The translations under genes were made by a program, and so were the position numbers. A stretch of 64,000 nt of DNA from Azolla caroliniana (Eukaryota > Plantae > Polypodiophyta): positions 8,928,001-8,992,000 of the forward strand of contig JBHGNT010000005.1 of NCBI GenBank assembly GCA_043228905.1. The letters run 5' to 3'. Of this stretch, positions 27,176-40,388 are shown in pieces (the first letter of the stretch is position 1; every line of letters begins with the position of its first letter). Below the pieces are notes generated by a model. It did no database searches, was not told the origin of the DNA, and was given only the letters and a program-made list of their open reading frames with translations.

Positions 27176-27454
27176 GATGATATATATGATGGCGCTAGCA
27201 AGCAAGCAGGCAAACACTGTCGAGATTCTTCCCTCAAAACGGCGGCGGTTTGATCGTGGGATTCCAAAACCAAAACTCAGAGACGACACAAAATTTGGTG
27301 GTGGCGGAGGCGACGAGACGATGATTTGATGATGATTGATGATTGATGATAGAAGACGAAGACGACGATTATTATTATTATTATTATTATTTATAATTTA
27401 TAATTTATGATTATGATTATGATTATGATTAGTATTAATATTAATATTAATTGT

Positions 27455-27494
<40 letters not shown>

Positions 27495-27799
27495 ATTGTT
27501 TTGATCTCTTCATATGCACCCTTTGCCTTCCGACACACACAACTAACTCTTGCGGAACGTGAGAAATCATGTACATACATACATATGTCTGTAGCCCAAA
27601 TCTGGTGAGGCCATCCATCGGTCGGGCAATGATGGCGCACTTTTGTGTCCCTCATATTTTGATGATCACTTTGACGTAACAACTGAGTGGTCTGGCCCCC
27701 GTTAACATTATTCAGCCCATTGGTTGATCTTTCGCTTCTTTGTATCGTGTGGAGGACCTACTACATCAACTGTTATACAGTGTAATTGATGCCATTAAA

Positions 27800-29820
27800 T
27801 AAACTCATACTTTGCCTCAAGAATGCTCAAAAATCACCAAGTTCAAGCCTCCTCAACTACGTCTCCCACCTCTTTGACACCTAGAATACCCTTACAATAA
27901 AACTGGCAAAGATGAAGAATATCCATGTAGATGGATTGTGGATCCTACTAATTCATGGCACTTCTATAGCTCAATAACACAACATATATCCCATTCTCTT
28001 GCCCTTAGCTCTCACATTCCTAGTTACCCACCCAATTTCATTCAATTAATGATCTTATGGGTGTCCTTGATCCTTCAAAGAAGTTGATGCCACGAAAACT
28101 AGTCAACACAAGTTTCAAAGTTGCACATGGGTTTTCAAAGGTGGCAAGCTCTCTTTATGATTAAATTATAGTTTAGTCACGTGAATGTGATTCGGTCATA
28201 AAATAAGATTAGAACTCACTTAAAAGGGAGTTCATATGGAAGTAGCTCATTATCTTGCCAACAAAAGGGTAAACAATGATAAATTTCTGCACAATGACCT
28301 CGAGGTAGTTCTCAAGTACTTACGTCAAAAGATGCAATGTCTTTGATACCACTTTTGGAGAATATAATCATCGCTCAAAGTTGTTGGTGGGTTTCTCATA
28401 AGTACTCGCCACAAATAAGCTAAGGAAGTTAAAATGAACCATCTATTAGCTTTAACCTTGTTTCTTATTTCCGAGTTTTTCTTGTTTTTGTAGTATTGTA
28501 CGTTTTACATTTTATTTTTTCGTTTTTTTCTCCTCGCCGATGAATCAGGCTAACTATTGTTAAGTGCAATCCTAAGAAATGGTTAAAATTAATAGGCAAT
28601 TAGGCATCATAAAGATATTCTCTTCCATGACCACCTAGTCATAAGACGAAGAAAGTAAATATCATCAACGAACTTCAAGTGCACCACAATGAATTTTTCA
28701 ATAAATCTCTTTAAGGTTGGTATAGAGAACCACATATGTACTCATGAAAGGCCAAAAGGAAGATTAACCAACATGTACGTCACCTACATGACAAGGCCAA
28801 CCTACCATAGCTCCGTATTGTTAGGCCAAATTAAGAATGGAGAAGACATAGAGACAAGTTCATAGCTTGATGAAAGAGCGAACAAAGCAGAGGATCTTGA
28901 AGATAAGCAACTTGGTGCCTCGAAGAGTACCAATTAAAATACAAAACGTGAGCCTCCGAGCCTCAAAATTTTCTCAAATAGGTTAATTAATGAGAATGAA
29001 GTGAAAGCATCCAAAACAAGGGCAAAAAAAGAGACAAGACCCAAATTAGGTCAAGTGGCAAAGTCTACAATGAGCTTTATCAAAGATTCATGCACAAGCC
29101 AATAAATGACTCATGGAGAACCAAAGGTTGACATGAGAGCGAGGCCCATACATGATAAATAAAAATATGACTTCGAGATCAACAAGAAACATGAGTCCCA
29201 TGGATACATAAATTTTCTTTGAAAGATTATGCCTAGAAAAGAGGTGGCCAAGTTCAAGAAAAGTATTCAAGAAAATGAAAGCTTGGTGAAATGAATTTTG
29301 TGGATTGGATGGTCTACATACATCTTGTGGAAAAAATGGTCATGATAATGTTTTGAAGGAACAAGATAAACAACCCTTAGAATTGGCTGAAGCCTTATGG
29401 GTTCACCATCTAACTAGGTAGGATGTCAATAAAGTGGAAGTATTTAATATAGAGAAAGAAGGATCTCATCATGAAAACGGCTTTGCCCACACCATCTTTT
29501 GCGCACATATTAGAGTATGTTCTAGTTTGGTGGGAGTGGATGGGAATCTATGGTGTTTGAGAAGGGAGAGAAATGTGGAAATGTGTCCACTAGAACAAAA
29601 AGTGTGAAGATGCAGATTAAAATTAAAAATTTATAGCTCAAACAATAAGAGTTGATTATGAGAGTGCAAAGGGCATTATCCATTTGTGGAAGGTTGAAAT
29701 CATAGATCACATGGTAAGAGATAATTGCATGAATAAAAAGATCAAGGGTTGAATATCCTCTAAACTTGATGAAGGGGAAAAGATGGACTACAATGCATAA
29801 GTGGAAATAAGGAAACATAT
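27800..29820. mobile_element. Highly decayed LTR-retrotransposon remnants
   Basis: Only weak integrase-like fragments, e.g. LAEALW at ~29383 (+) and WYQ-DIAS-like at ~28350 (-). No ORF. Confidence 0.3.
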
Positions 29821-30499
29821 ATTGAATACAAATACATTAACAAACATTTTGCTGAAACCAAGTATTTCATGTTGCGATTATTCAATTGCTTTTAGAATGA
29901 GCTTTCAAGTATCTTTGAAGGTTCTTCTATCAGTATCATCAAAATGGTATTCATTAATTGAAAAGTTCCTCGTCATGTGATTTACAACTTTATCTTTATC
30001 AATATGTTGTAGATGGCTTCTTATAACCTATTCTCTTATATGAGCTTTGTAAGTTGCATGATTCTATATGGCTTGTACATGTTATTATACCCCTTGGTAT
30101 TGTAATTGGGTTTATTGTAATAGCCACACTTGTATCTTGGAGATGTAATATTGGTCCATTTGTCAAAGCCATATGGCGTGTGTAAACAAATTGGTTTTGA
30201 CTCTCGATATTAAAGTCGATTGCCATTTTGGGCTTGTGAATGCCTTGTAGGTATCGTAAATTTTGGCATGTAATTTTGCCCACAATATATTGTATTTTAC
30301 ACAATACAAAGCAACACTTTTTTATAAATTCTTGTGCATATTGTAATTTTTGTTTGTGCATATTACACCATAACAATCAATCAGACGTGTTGCTTCTTTC
30401 AATATTACGTCATAATTGGGCAAACATATATCTATCCATAATAGTGCAACAAGAAATTGAAAATTGATGTCAGATATATCTGGTAGATGTGTTGTACAT

Positions 30500-30602
30500 T
30501 GTCACCCAACCCGGGAAAGTAATATTTGCACCTAACCCGGAAAAGTAATTGTCTGCACCTAACTCGGTATCAATTTAATGGATCCATCCACCTAACCCGG
30601 GG
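30500..30602 (+). repeat. Four copies of CACCTAACCCGG-like motif upstream of the zinc-finger ORF
   Basis: cacccaacccggg (30503), cacctaacccgg (30529), cacctaactcgg (30556), cacctaacccggg (30589). Confidence 0.7.
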
Positions 30603-30883
30603 CCAAATTCAATCCAACTACGTGCAAAGATTCTGTTTCAATGTTCAAAAAACGGTCACCTCCATCAGACAATTATATGATGTTGATACAGAAGTAATTA
30701 ACTCTATTAGAGCTACCATAATCACATGAATTGAATCAGACGATTATAATTGCTTTGATTAGGATCATATTATCGCCCTCATTATCATATTGCTCCACAT
30801 TATCATACTACTCTCATTCTCATATTGCCCTCAATTACACATTGTTCTTTTTAACACTTTGCCCTCATTTCAAACTTGTGATC

Positions 30884-31395
30884 ATGGATGATTCATATGG
30901 GTTAGTGGATGAAACACAATTTCTATTTGAGTCAGAATTCGAATCGAAGGATTCGTTCTCAGATTTAGAAACTTCGAATGAATCAATTGATGGTTAAGGG
31001 TCTAACGATGTCGACATCGATGATGACTTGGATCCCTTCATGTTTTGTTCGCCAAGGTATTTTGTGCTTAATGAAGGTAGGTATAACTTAATGGTTAAAG
31101 ATTTATTAGGACACATAAAGGTTACGATAGAATCTTTAAAAGAGATCACAAAGGGTGCACCTCTCATGATCTTAGCATGGAGGCACATGAAGACTCGATT
31201 CTTGCTAAAAAATGAGCATGAACTCTACTTAAAGTTGTCGCCACATCTAAGGGTATCATATGTAGAGCAATGGCAGTCCATCATATTGCACACACATGGG
31301 GGGACATCCCATTACCCACTCTCACAAACTCTTAAAGAGTTGAAGAAACATTGGGCCATGGATCTTCGCAATCATGGAATAGCTAGTTCATACGT
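30884..31395 (+). pseudogene. 5' part of an unknown ORF with an integrase-type HHCC zinc-binding module, interrupted by the Gypsy LTR
   Basis: ATG at 30884, acidic N-terminus, in-frame stop at 30995-30997, then RVSYVEQWQSIILHTHGGTSHY...TLKELKKHWAMDLRNHGIASSY cut by the LTR at 31396. It continues in frame on the minus strand from 48024. Confidence 0.7.
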
Positions 31396-32057
31396 TGTCG
31401 CGTTGTTACGCGCGTGCGTGGAGAACGAGGCGGGACCACCGGGATCTTGGACCGAGAAATAGTTGAGAAGGAGGAGAACGGGAAGGCAACGGACACGCTT
31501 GCACACACACAAACACGGGAGCACACAGGATTCACAGTCCAACAACACAGCAAAACGAGACGACTAGAAGTCCGAGTATATGAACACGTATGTATATAAA
31601 TATATATATATATATATTGAGACAGTTACATCTAACAGGCCGGCAATGTGAACACCGACGCCTGTTCACTCACACACAGAAGAGCGAGATGGAGACTCTG
31701 CCGGAAGCACACGGGCGTTCCGCGGAGTGGAGTAAGCCTCCCGAAAACCTGCGCAAAATGACTATGGAGAGTGACAGAGGAGAAGGGCTCGGTCCCAGTC
31801 TAGCAGCACTTCGTCCTCTCTAACGCGCGATACCTTTTCCATTCCTCTCCTTCTCTTTTATAGCCCAAGGAGGGAGGCCGTTATCATCCGTTACATCACA
31901 TTAATTCTCTCCCTATTGAATGCGTGCTACCTAGGATTTCACCTCAGCTAACTTGTACCTACCTACTTACTATACAACGAAAAGTGTGCTTGCGTGTAAG
32001 GGCCGGTTTACACGCACTAAACTCAGTTTCCGCCTAGGGACGGTTTTCTTCACGACA
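31396..32057 (-). repeat. 3' LTR of Gypsy element A
   Basis: Minus strand reads TGTCGTGAAGAAAACC...AACAACGCGACA, the reverse-complement match to 48025-48680. Flanked by ACGT at 31392-31395. Confidence 0.92.
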
Positions 32058-33777
32058 TCCGCCCCCACCTAACCGCGCATCCACCGGTATGCGCCAAAAT
32101 TGGGCTATTGTTGGAGAAAACCGGTCCGTGCTTTACTCCTCGTCTTCCGGTTCGTCATCCGCCTCGGACCGCCCGTCGTCGCCGTCCATGCTTTCCAGAT
32201 CCAGCTCGCACTCATGTCGTTTCTTAAATGCTTTGACCCTCTTCCCCGCTATCGGTATTGCCATCCTCGTACCGTCGAGCTCCGCAAGATGGTAGGTCCC
32301 GTTGTTGTTGGCGCCTGTCACCACGTAAGGCCCGAACCACCTCCTTGCAAACTTCCGCGTTGCCTTGTGCTGGTTGTCGAGGCTGCTGTCATACACTAGG
32401 ACCCAGTCACCTTCCTCGATTTTCTTCGGTTGCAGTCGGTGAGTCCGGTCAAACCGCCCTTTGTTCTTCAACCTTGCCAACCGAAGCTTCTCCGCGGCTC
32501 GATCCACGTCCTCCGGCCTTCGCTCGAGCTGTCGAATCCGTGCCGCTAGCAGCTCCTCCCGACTCATCTCATCTCTCCAGTCCACCGTGGCCCATGAGGA
32601 GATGGTTCGCTGTGTTGGCATGATCGGCCTTTGTCCGTACATAAGCTCTGCCGGCATGAACCCGGTTACCGAACTGTGCGTAGTTCGGTTCGCCCACAAG
32701 GCATAAGGTAACAGTCGTGGCCAGTTCCCGACTTGGCCTTCGCACACCCGTACTAGCGCTTTGACAATCGGCCCGTGTCCGCGCTCCACCTTCCCGTTAG
32801 CCTCCAGATTGTACGCCGTGGTGAGCGAGAGTTTGACCCCTAGTCGGTCAAACAACTCTTCAGCCTCTTGTGCGTCCAACTCTCCGCGGTCAGCCACGAT
32901 CCTCCCGACGCACCCGTACCGACACACTACCTCTTCGATCAGGAACCAGCATACTACCGCGGTTGTCTTGTTCTGCAGTGCCCGGCCTTCCACCTGGTTC
33001 GTTAAGTATTCCCGCGCAAGCACTAGGTATCGCATATGTCCAACTCCCATCGGCATCGTCACCAAGTCCACCATCCACTTGAAATGGACGGTCAGAGGGT
33101 AGGTCGGGTGAAGCTCATCTCGGTGTCGGACTGTGGAGTGCATCTGACAGCTTTCGCAAGTCGTCATGAACCGATGCATGTCCCGGTACAGTCCCGGCCA
33201 CTAGTACTTCCCTTTTAGCTTCTCAAACGTGGCCCACGTTCCGTAGTGTCCGGCCCAGGGACTCTTGTGGTAGGCCTCCAGCAATTCCTCCTATTCCTCC
33301 TTCTTTGCCACCACTCGGAGTGGGATGCCGTCCCTCTTCTTTGTTCGGGAAGGAAGAATAGATACACTTTCTTCCGGATCCGGTTGGTCTCTTCCTTTGT
33401 CCACGCCGTGTTCGGTGTCATTGTTTTCAGGAGCCCGCCGATCTGGAGCCACTCCCCGTCATACTTGCTCTCGTCGAATTCGTTAAGTGCCAGAGTGCTC
33501 CCCTTTCTGGTTGTCACGTATGCCGCCTCGAAGAAATCTACGCCGACTTCCTCGTAATCCGAAACCATGTTGTCCTCGTTTTCGAACCTCGCCCTTGAGA
33601 GCATGTTGGCCATGGCATTGTCTTTTCCGAAAATGTGTCGTATCTCCGGATTCAGGGCCTTGATGTACGCTATCCACCTGAGCATTGCCAGGTCCAGCGT
33701 TGCGCATCTGGAAACCATGCCGAGAATTGGCAGGCAGTCCGTCTCTATTATTAACTCTGTCCCGATCAGGTAGTCTT

Positions 33778-36700
33778 TGACGGGAACCTAACGTTCCTTA
33801 TGCACGACGCTCGGCCACAACCGAGCGTAGAATGATACACAGAAAATGGGAAGAAAAACACGACACAAAGGAGAGGAAGATATACACACACTATACAGGA
33901 GGTTTACGTGGAAAACCCCAAACTAAGGGAAAAACCACGGCAGTCCACAGGCTGCAAACTGTCACTATGTAAGAATGTACAAAACAGTGAGTCCACGGAG
34001 TCAACGACCTCGTGCTCACGATCTTCGCCACAGGTGGCGGTTACAACAGAGGCAACGACCTCGTTCTCTCTCTCTCTCTCTCTGTATAGTTACACACACT
34101 GATTTCGTGCACGACAGAAATTGACCACACCTTCCTAAAAGTTTGCCCTAAGTCATATTTATACTAATATGACTTTTCGGCTATTTACAAATATAGCCTC
34201 GATGGGCTCTCAGAAACATATTTACGAATATGTCTCTTCCTCCGGTTCTCACCGGTTCTGCACCATCCGGCTCTCCGTAGCCGGGTACTCCTCATCCGGT
34301 TCACACCGGGCCTGCACCATCCGGCTCTCCATAGCCGGGTACTCCTCATCCGGTTCACACCGGGCCTGTATCATCCGGCTCTCCGTAGCCGGGTACTCCT
34401 CATTCGGTTTCGGCTAAGGCCTATCGGCCTCGGCCGAGTTTGTTCGTCGGCACTGTTCTTCTCCCTTCCCATCCGGAGGGACCTGTCTCCCAACAAACTC
34501 CCCCTTCACTCCGGCATGGGGTGTCTTACCAATCCGATTCTCTTCCGGCATGCATCCAGCTTGTCGGGTGTCAGCACTTTGGTCAGCATATCTGACCCGT
34601 TCTCGGCCGTGTGGATCTTCGTTAGTGCGAACTCCTGGTCATCTACTGTTTCCCGGATCCAGTGATACCTCCGCTGGATATGCTTCGTCCGGGAATGGTA
34701 GGCCGCATTTTTAGCAAGGTGGATGGCACTTTGACTGTCGCAGTAGAGTTGGTATTCCTTTTGCCGTATACCGAGCACTCCGATGAAGTCCTTCATCCAT
34801 AAAATTTCCTTGCCGGCTTCCACAGCCGCCATGTACTCCGCCTCAGTGGTTGACAATGCAATCGTCTTCTGCAGCCTCGACTGCCACGAAATAGCTCTCC
34901 TTGCATATGTCATCACATACCCGGATGTAGACCGGCTGGTATCCACATCAGCCGACATGTCCGAATCGGTGAAACCGTCCAGTTGAGGTTTTCCGGAGCC
35001 GAATCGGAGACACATATTTGAAGTGCCCTTCAAATACCGGAGTATCCATTTGACCGCGTTCCAATGCTCCTTGCCGGGATTACTCATGAACCGGCTCACC
35101 ACTTCGACTGCGTATCCTATATCCGGTCGGGTACACACCATAGCGTACATCAAGCTCCCAACGGCAGAGGCATATGGAATCTTCATCATATCCGCCTTCT
35201 CTTCTTTCGTCTTCGGGCTTTGCTTGCTGGATAGCCTGCAGTTTGCCGGAAGTGTCGATCTGACCGGTTTCGCTTCTGACATGTTGAACCGGTGAAGCAT
35301 CTTTGTCACATACTTCTCCTGTGACAGCCATAGTTGCTTCTTTAACCGGTCCCGAATGATGTGCATCCCCAACATTTGTCTTGCGGGACCCAAGTCTTTC
35401 ATTGAGAAGGTCCGGTTGAGAGCCTTCTTCAGCATCCGTATTTTGACTTGGTCACGTCCGACGATCAAGATGTCATCCACGTATAGGAGGAGTATTAAGA
35501 AGTCGCCTCCTTCGAACTTCTTCACAAACACACAGTGATCGGCCTGTGTCTTGTGGTACCCTTGATCGGTCATGAAGGAGTCGAACTTCCGGTACCATTG
35601 CCGGGGAGCCTGCTTCAGTCCGTATAGGCTCTTCTTCAACCGGCATACCAGGTGCTCCTGCCCTTTCTCCACAAATCCTTCCGGTTGCTGCATGTAGATC
35701 TCCTCTTCGAGGTCGCCGTGAAGGAATGCCGTCTTCACGTCCAGCTGCTCTATACCTCAAGGTCCATGCTTGCTGCTATACTCAGCACCGTCCGGATGGA
35801 GGTCATCTTTACTACCGGAGCAAATATCTCGTCGAAGTCCACGCCCTTCTTCTGCTGGAACCCTTTCACCACGATCCTGGCTTTGTATCTCGGAGGGTTG
35901 CCAGCATCTCCCGGTTTCAACTTGTACACCCACTTGTTTCGGAGTGCCCGCTTTCCTTTCGGCAGCTCCACCAATTCGTACGTATGGTTCTCATGCAGGG
36001 AATCCATCTCGTCCTGCATGGCACTTAACCATTTTCGGCTGAGGGTGTCTTCCTTCATTTCTTCGAAGCTTTCCGGCTCCCCCTCATCGGTCAGCAGAAC
36101 ATGCTCTGCATCCGGAAATCTCCGGGGGGCCCTTCTCTCTCTGAGAGGATATCTCTGTCTTTGGGCTTCGGTGACCGGCTCATCCATGTGCTCTTCATCC
36201 GAATCCGATTCGGGGTCTTGGCCGGTTCCGGTCTCAGCTTCCTCTACTTCTTCTTCTGTCGGTTCGGTATCCTCACCGTAACCGGCTGGTTCCTCGAGTG
36301 CTAACCGGTCTCTTGCCGGTTGGGTCTGCTCATCGTAGAGTCTATCCTTACCTGTCGACTCGGAGTTCATTATCTTCTTCTCCGACTCCCAGTCGGCGAG
36401 CGTCTTGTCCTCCATGAAGATAATATCTCGACTCCGGAATACCTTCTTGTCGACCGGGTCCCACACTCGGTAGCCGAACTCATCGTCACCGTAACCGAGG
36501 AATATGCATGGCCGGGTCTTTGGATCTAACTTACCTCTCCGGTCCTTAGCTACATGCACGTAAGCGAGACACCCGAACTCCTTCAGATGCCGGTAGGATA
36601 CTTCCTTACCGGTCCACACTCTCTGTGGCGTGTCTCCGTCCAAGGGTACTGAGGGTGATCTATTTATCACGTATGTCGCCGTCGACAGTGCCTCAGCCGA

Positions 36701-39335
36701 AAACTTCTTGGGTAGTTTTGCATGCGCTAGCATACTCCGGACCCTCTCCATTATGGTCCGGTTCATCCTCTCGGCCAGTCCGTTTAGTTCCGGCGTCTTC
36801 AGCACGGTAAATTCGAGCCGGATTCCCTTCGAGCGGCAGTACTCCTTGAACTGCCCCCGGTACTCTCCTCCATTATCTGCTCGAACCGCCTTCAGCTTCC
36901 GGCCGGTTTCTCTTTCCACTCTCGCGTGGAGCTCTTTGAAGACGGATAACACCTGATCCTTTGTCTTCAACGGTGTGGCCCACAGCTTCCGGCTGTGGTC
37001 ATCTATGAACGTTACGAAGTACTGCGCTCCGGCATGTGACTTTGTGTCTACTTGACACACATCCGTATGCACCAACTCCAGTGGTGCATTACGTCTCATC
37101 GGTGGCCTTGGTCGGAAGGAGGTCCGGTTCTGCTTACCGGCCAGACAATCAGTGCACTTCTCTAAGTGCACGTTCTTTACTGGAATGAGGTTGTCGTCTG
37201 CAAGCCTCTTCATCCCCTTCTCACTCATATGACACAGCCTCTTGTGCCACAGCTCACCGGCAGTGTCGGATGCCACGTTCACTTCTTCCGGACATAACCG
37301 GGCATACATCAAGTACAGTGTGTTTACCTTCCGGGCCCGAGCCACAATCAGGTTCCCTTTATTGAACTTCATGACACCGTTCCGGATGCTACCCGTGTAG
37401 CCTTCATCATCTAGCTGACCGGCTGATATCAGGTTCAGATGAACTTCCGGAACGTGTCGGATATCCTTCAGCAGCAACTTGCATCCGGTTGGTGTTGTCA
37501 GCCACACGTCTCCTATGCCGACAATTCGGCATATACCTTCATTCCCCATCCGGACACAGCCGTGGTCACCGGTTGAGTAGGATGTGAAGCATTTCCGGTC
37601 CGGGGTAAGGTGGAACGATGCTCCGAAGTCTACTACCCAGGTCATCTCGTCGCCGGCAAGGTTTATCTCACTCTCCTCGGTGATGAGCATCAACTCTTCT
37701 TCACTTGCCACGATTGTCGTCATTCCCTTCCGGTCCGGCCCCCTCCGGTCTTTACCGTTCCGGTCTGTACCGTTCCGGTTCGGGGTTTAATTCGAATCGG
37801 TACCGTCGGTTTCCTTGTCTTTACGGAAATGCTGATAGTTCTTTTGGAAATATCCCGGCTTGCCGCAATAGAAGCAAGTAGGCCTCCCCCTTGACTTTGA
37901 CCGTGTCCCCGACTTCTCCCGGTTCTGGGGACTACAGTTTCTATGTCTTCCGCGTTCCAATTCGGTAAGGAGCGCTTTGGAGTCGGAGCTCGTATCTTTG
38001 TCTTTCCGACGCGCCTCCTCATCTAGCAAGCTCGACTTTACTCTTGCTAGGGATAACCGCTTTCCTTCCGGCTCGGCGTTGCCCAAAGTGACAACCAACG
38101 TCTCCCAGCTATCCGGGAGGGAACCGAGCAAGAGTAGCGCAAGTACCTCATCGGTGAGAGGTACTTCCAATGAAGTTGCCTGGTGGATCAGCCCCTGGAA
38201 GGCATTCATGTGCTGCGCCATGCTAGAGCCATCTTGGTACCAGAGTCTTACTAGCTTCCGGAATACCGAAACCTGATTGACAACATTTTTGTTTTGGAAT
38301 ATTATGCCGATCTTCTCCCAAAGCTCATGAGCCTTGCTCTCTTCATTGAAGTTGTTGTACAGGCTCATGTCGATGAAGCACCATATGTACGCCGTTGTCT
38401 TCATGTGCATCACCTCCCATATCGAGGCGTCGATTTTGTCCGGTCTCTTGTCCCCGAACTGAACCAGCAGCCAGAGGTCTTTAACAACGAGCATGTCCCT
38501 CATCTTCGACTTCCATACTGAATAGTTGGAGCCGGTGAGCTTGAACATGCCGCCAAATGATTCGTCCATTTTCTATGTCGAACCTCGCTCTGATACGACT
38601 TGACGGGAACCTAACGTTCCTTATGCACGACGCTCGGCCACAACCGAGCGTAGAATGATACACAGAAAACGGGAAGAAAAACACGACACAAAGGAGAGGA
38701 AGATATACACACACTATACAGGAGGTTTACGTGGAAAACCCCAAACTAAGGGAAAAACCACGGCAGTCCACAGGCTGCAAACTGTCACTATGTAAGAATG
38801 TACAAAACAGTGAGTCCACGGAGTCAACGACCTCGTGCTCACGATCTTCGCCACAGGCGGCGGTTACAACAGAGGCAACGACCTCGTTCTCTCTCTCTCT
38901 CTCTCTCTGTATAGTTACACACACTGATTTCGTGCACGACAGAAATTGACCACACCTTCCTAAAAGTTTGCCCTAAGTCATATTTATACTAATATGACTT
39001 TTCGGCTATTTACAAATATAGCCTCGATGGGCTCTCAGAAACATATTTACGAATATGTCTCTTCCTCCGGTTCTCACCGGTTCTGCACCATCCGGCTCTC
39101 CGTAGCCGGGTACTCCTCATCCGGTTCACACCGGGCATGCACCATCCGGCTCTTCGTAGCCGGGTACTCCTCATCCGGTTCTCCATAGCCGGGTACTCCT
39201 CATCCGGTTCACACCAGGCCTGTATCATCCGGCTCTCCGTAGCCGGGTACTCCTCATCCGGTTTCGGCCTCGGCCGAGTTTGTTCGTCGGCACTGTTCTT
39301 CTCCCTTCCCATCCGGAGGGACCTGTCTCCCAACA
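33778..39335 (-). mobile_element. Full-length Ty1/Copia element (Tnt1/Tork-like) nested in the Gypsy RNase H
   Basis: LTRs 33778-34495 and 38601-39335 (TG...CA on the minus strand), TSD GTCTT on both sides, PPT GAAGGGGGAG, PBS-Met-like TCGTATCAGAGC. Confidence 0.97.
34506..38569 (-). pseudogene. Copia gag-pol polyprotein with one in-frame stop (37787-37789) and one frameshift (~35750)
   Basis: Gag with CFYCGKPGY knuckle, protease WVVDFGAS, GAG-pre-integrase LWHKRLCH, integrase VHTDVC/ADNGGEY/AERMNRT, RT LLYVDDIL, RNase H FTDSDMS. Confidence 0.93.
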
Positions 39336-40388
39336 GTCTTTATCGGCCTTCACTGTCGAAACGATACCCTAGAGTTCGCATTTTACCTAGGCGTATCCTC
39401 GCTGTCGCTCATTGAGGACCTTCGCGCCGAACTGGATGGGGAACCTCGTGCCAACGTCATCCTCTTGGTTGATCACCCATCCGATCCCGGTCGGACTCGT
39501 GTCTACGGTTACGTAAATCAGAGTGTCTTTGCCGTAGACAGCCTTTCGGAGCGCCGGTGCCGTGGCAAGTGCTTCCTTCATCTTTCGGATTGACTCCGTA
39601 TGCTCGCCTCCCCACTCGAATTTACGCCCTTTCTTCAACAATCCATACAGCGGCTCCGCGACGTGGGCGTAATGCGGGATCCAGATATGGTAGAACGCGC
39701 ATGCTCCCAAGAATCTCTAAACCTCCGTAACCGAATTGCAGTTATGCTTCATCACGGAGATAGCTTCCACCTTGGCCAAAGACGGTTTTCGACCGTATGG
39801 TCCGCATAGGTGCCCGACGACCATGATCTCTGATTACCCGAGCCGATTTTTCCCCGAAGAAGGTGAGCCTCACGCCTTCTAGTCTCTGCAGCACTAGGGA
39901 TCGGCAACGGTTCGGTTTAGGCTTAGCCGATTTGGCCTGGAACCGGCTAAGCCTAAACCGTTTAGGGATTTTCAAACCTAAACCGAACCGAACCGAACCG
40001 AACCCTAAACCGGTTTGGGCTAAACCGGTTTATGAACCGGCTTGGTAAACGGTTTGTAAACCAGTTTGTAAACTGGTTTGTGAACTTCATAACACAATAT
40101 TGTTACAATTTATCATTCAACTTCATAATAGAATTCCACTACAATTTATCATTGAACAATCCAAATGAAGAATGATAACAAGGCCTAGAGAAGAATAACA
40201 AGAAAACATAAAATTTAACTAATGCAAGGCAAATTTAACTAATAGATAATTAAAGAAAAACAACGAGAAAAAATTGACTATTCCAAAAATGTTATCTATT
40301 CCCAAAATTGATCGTCTATTCCAAAAATGTTATCTATTCCAAAAATTGATACTCATAATTGTCCCAAGTCATAATATTCCAAAAAAAA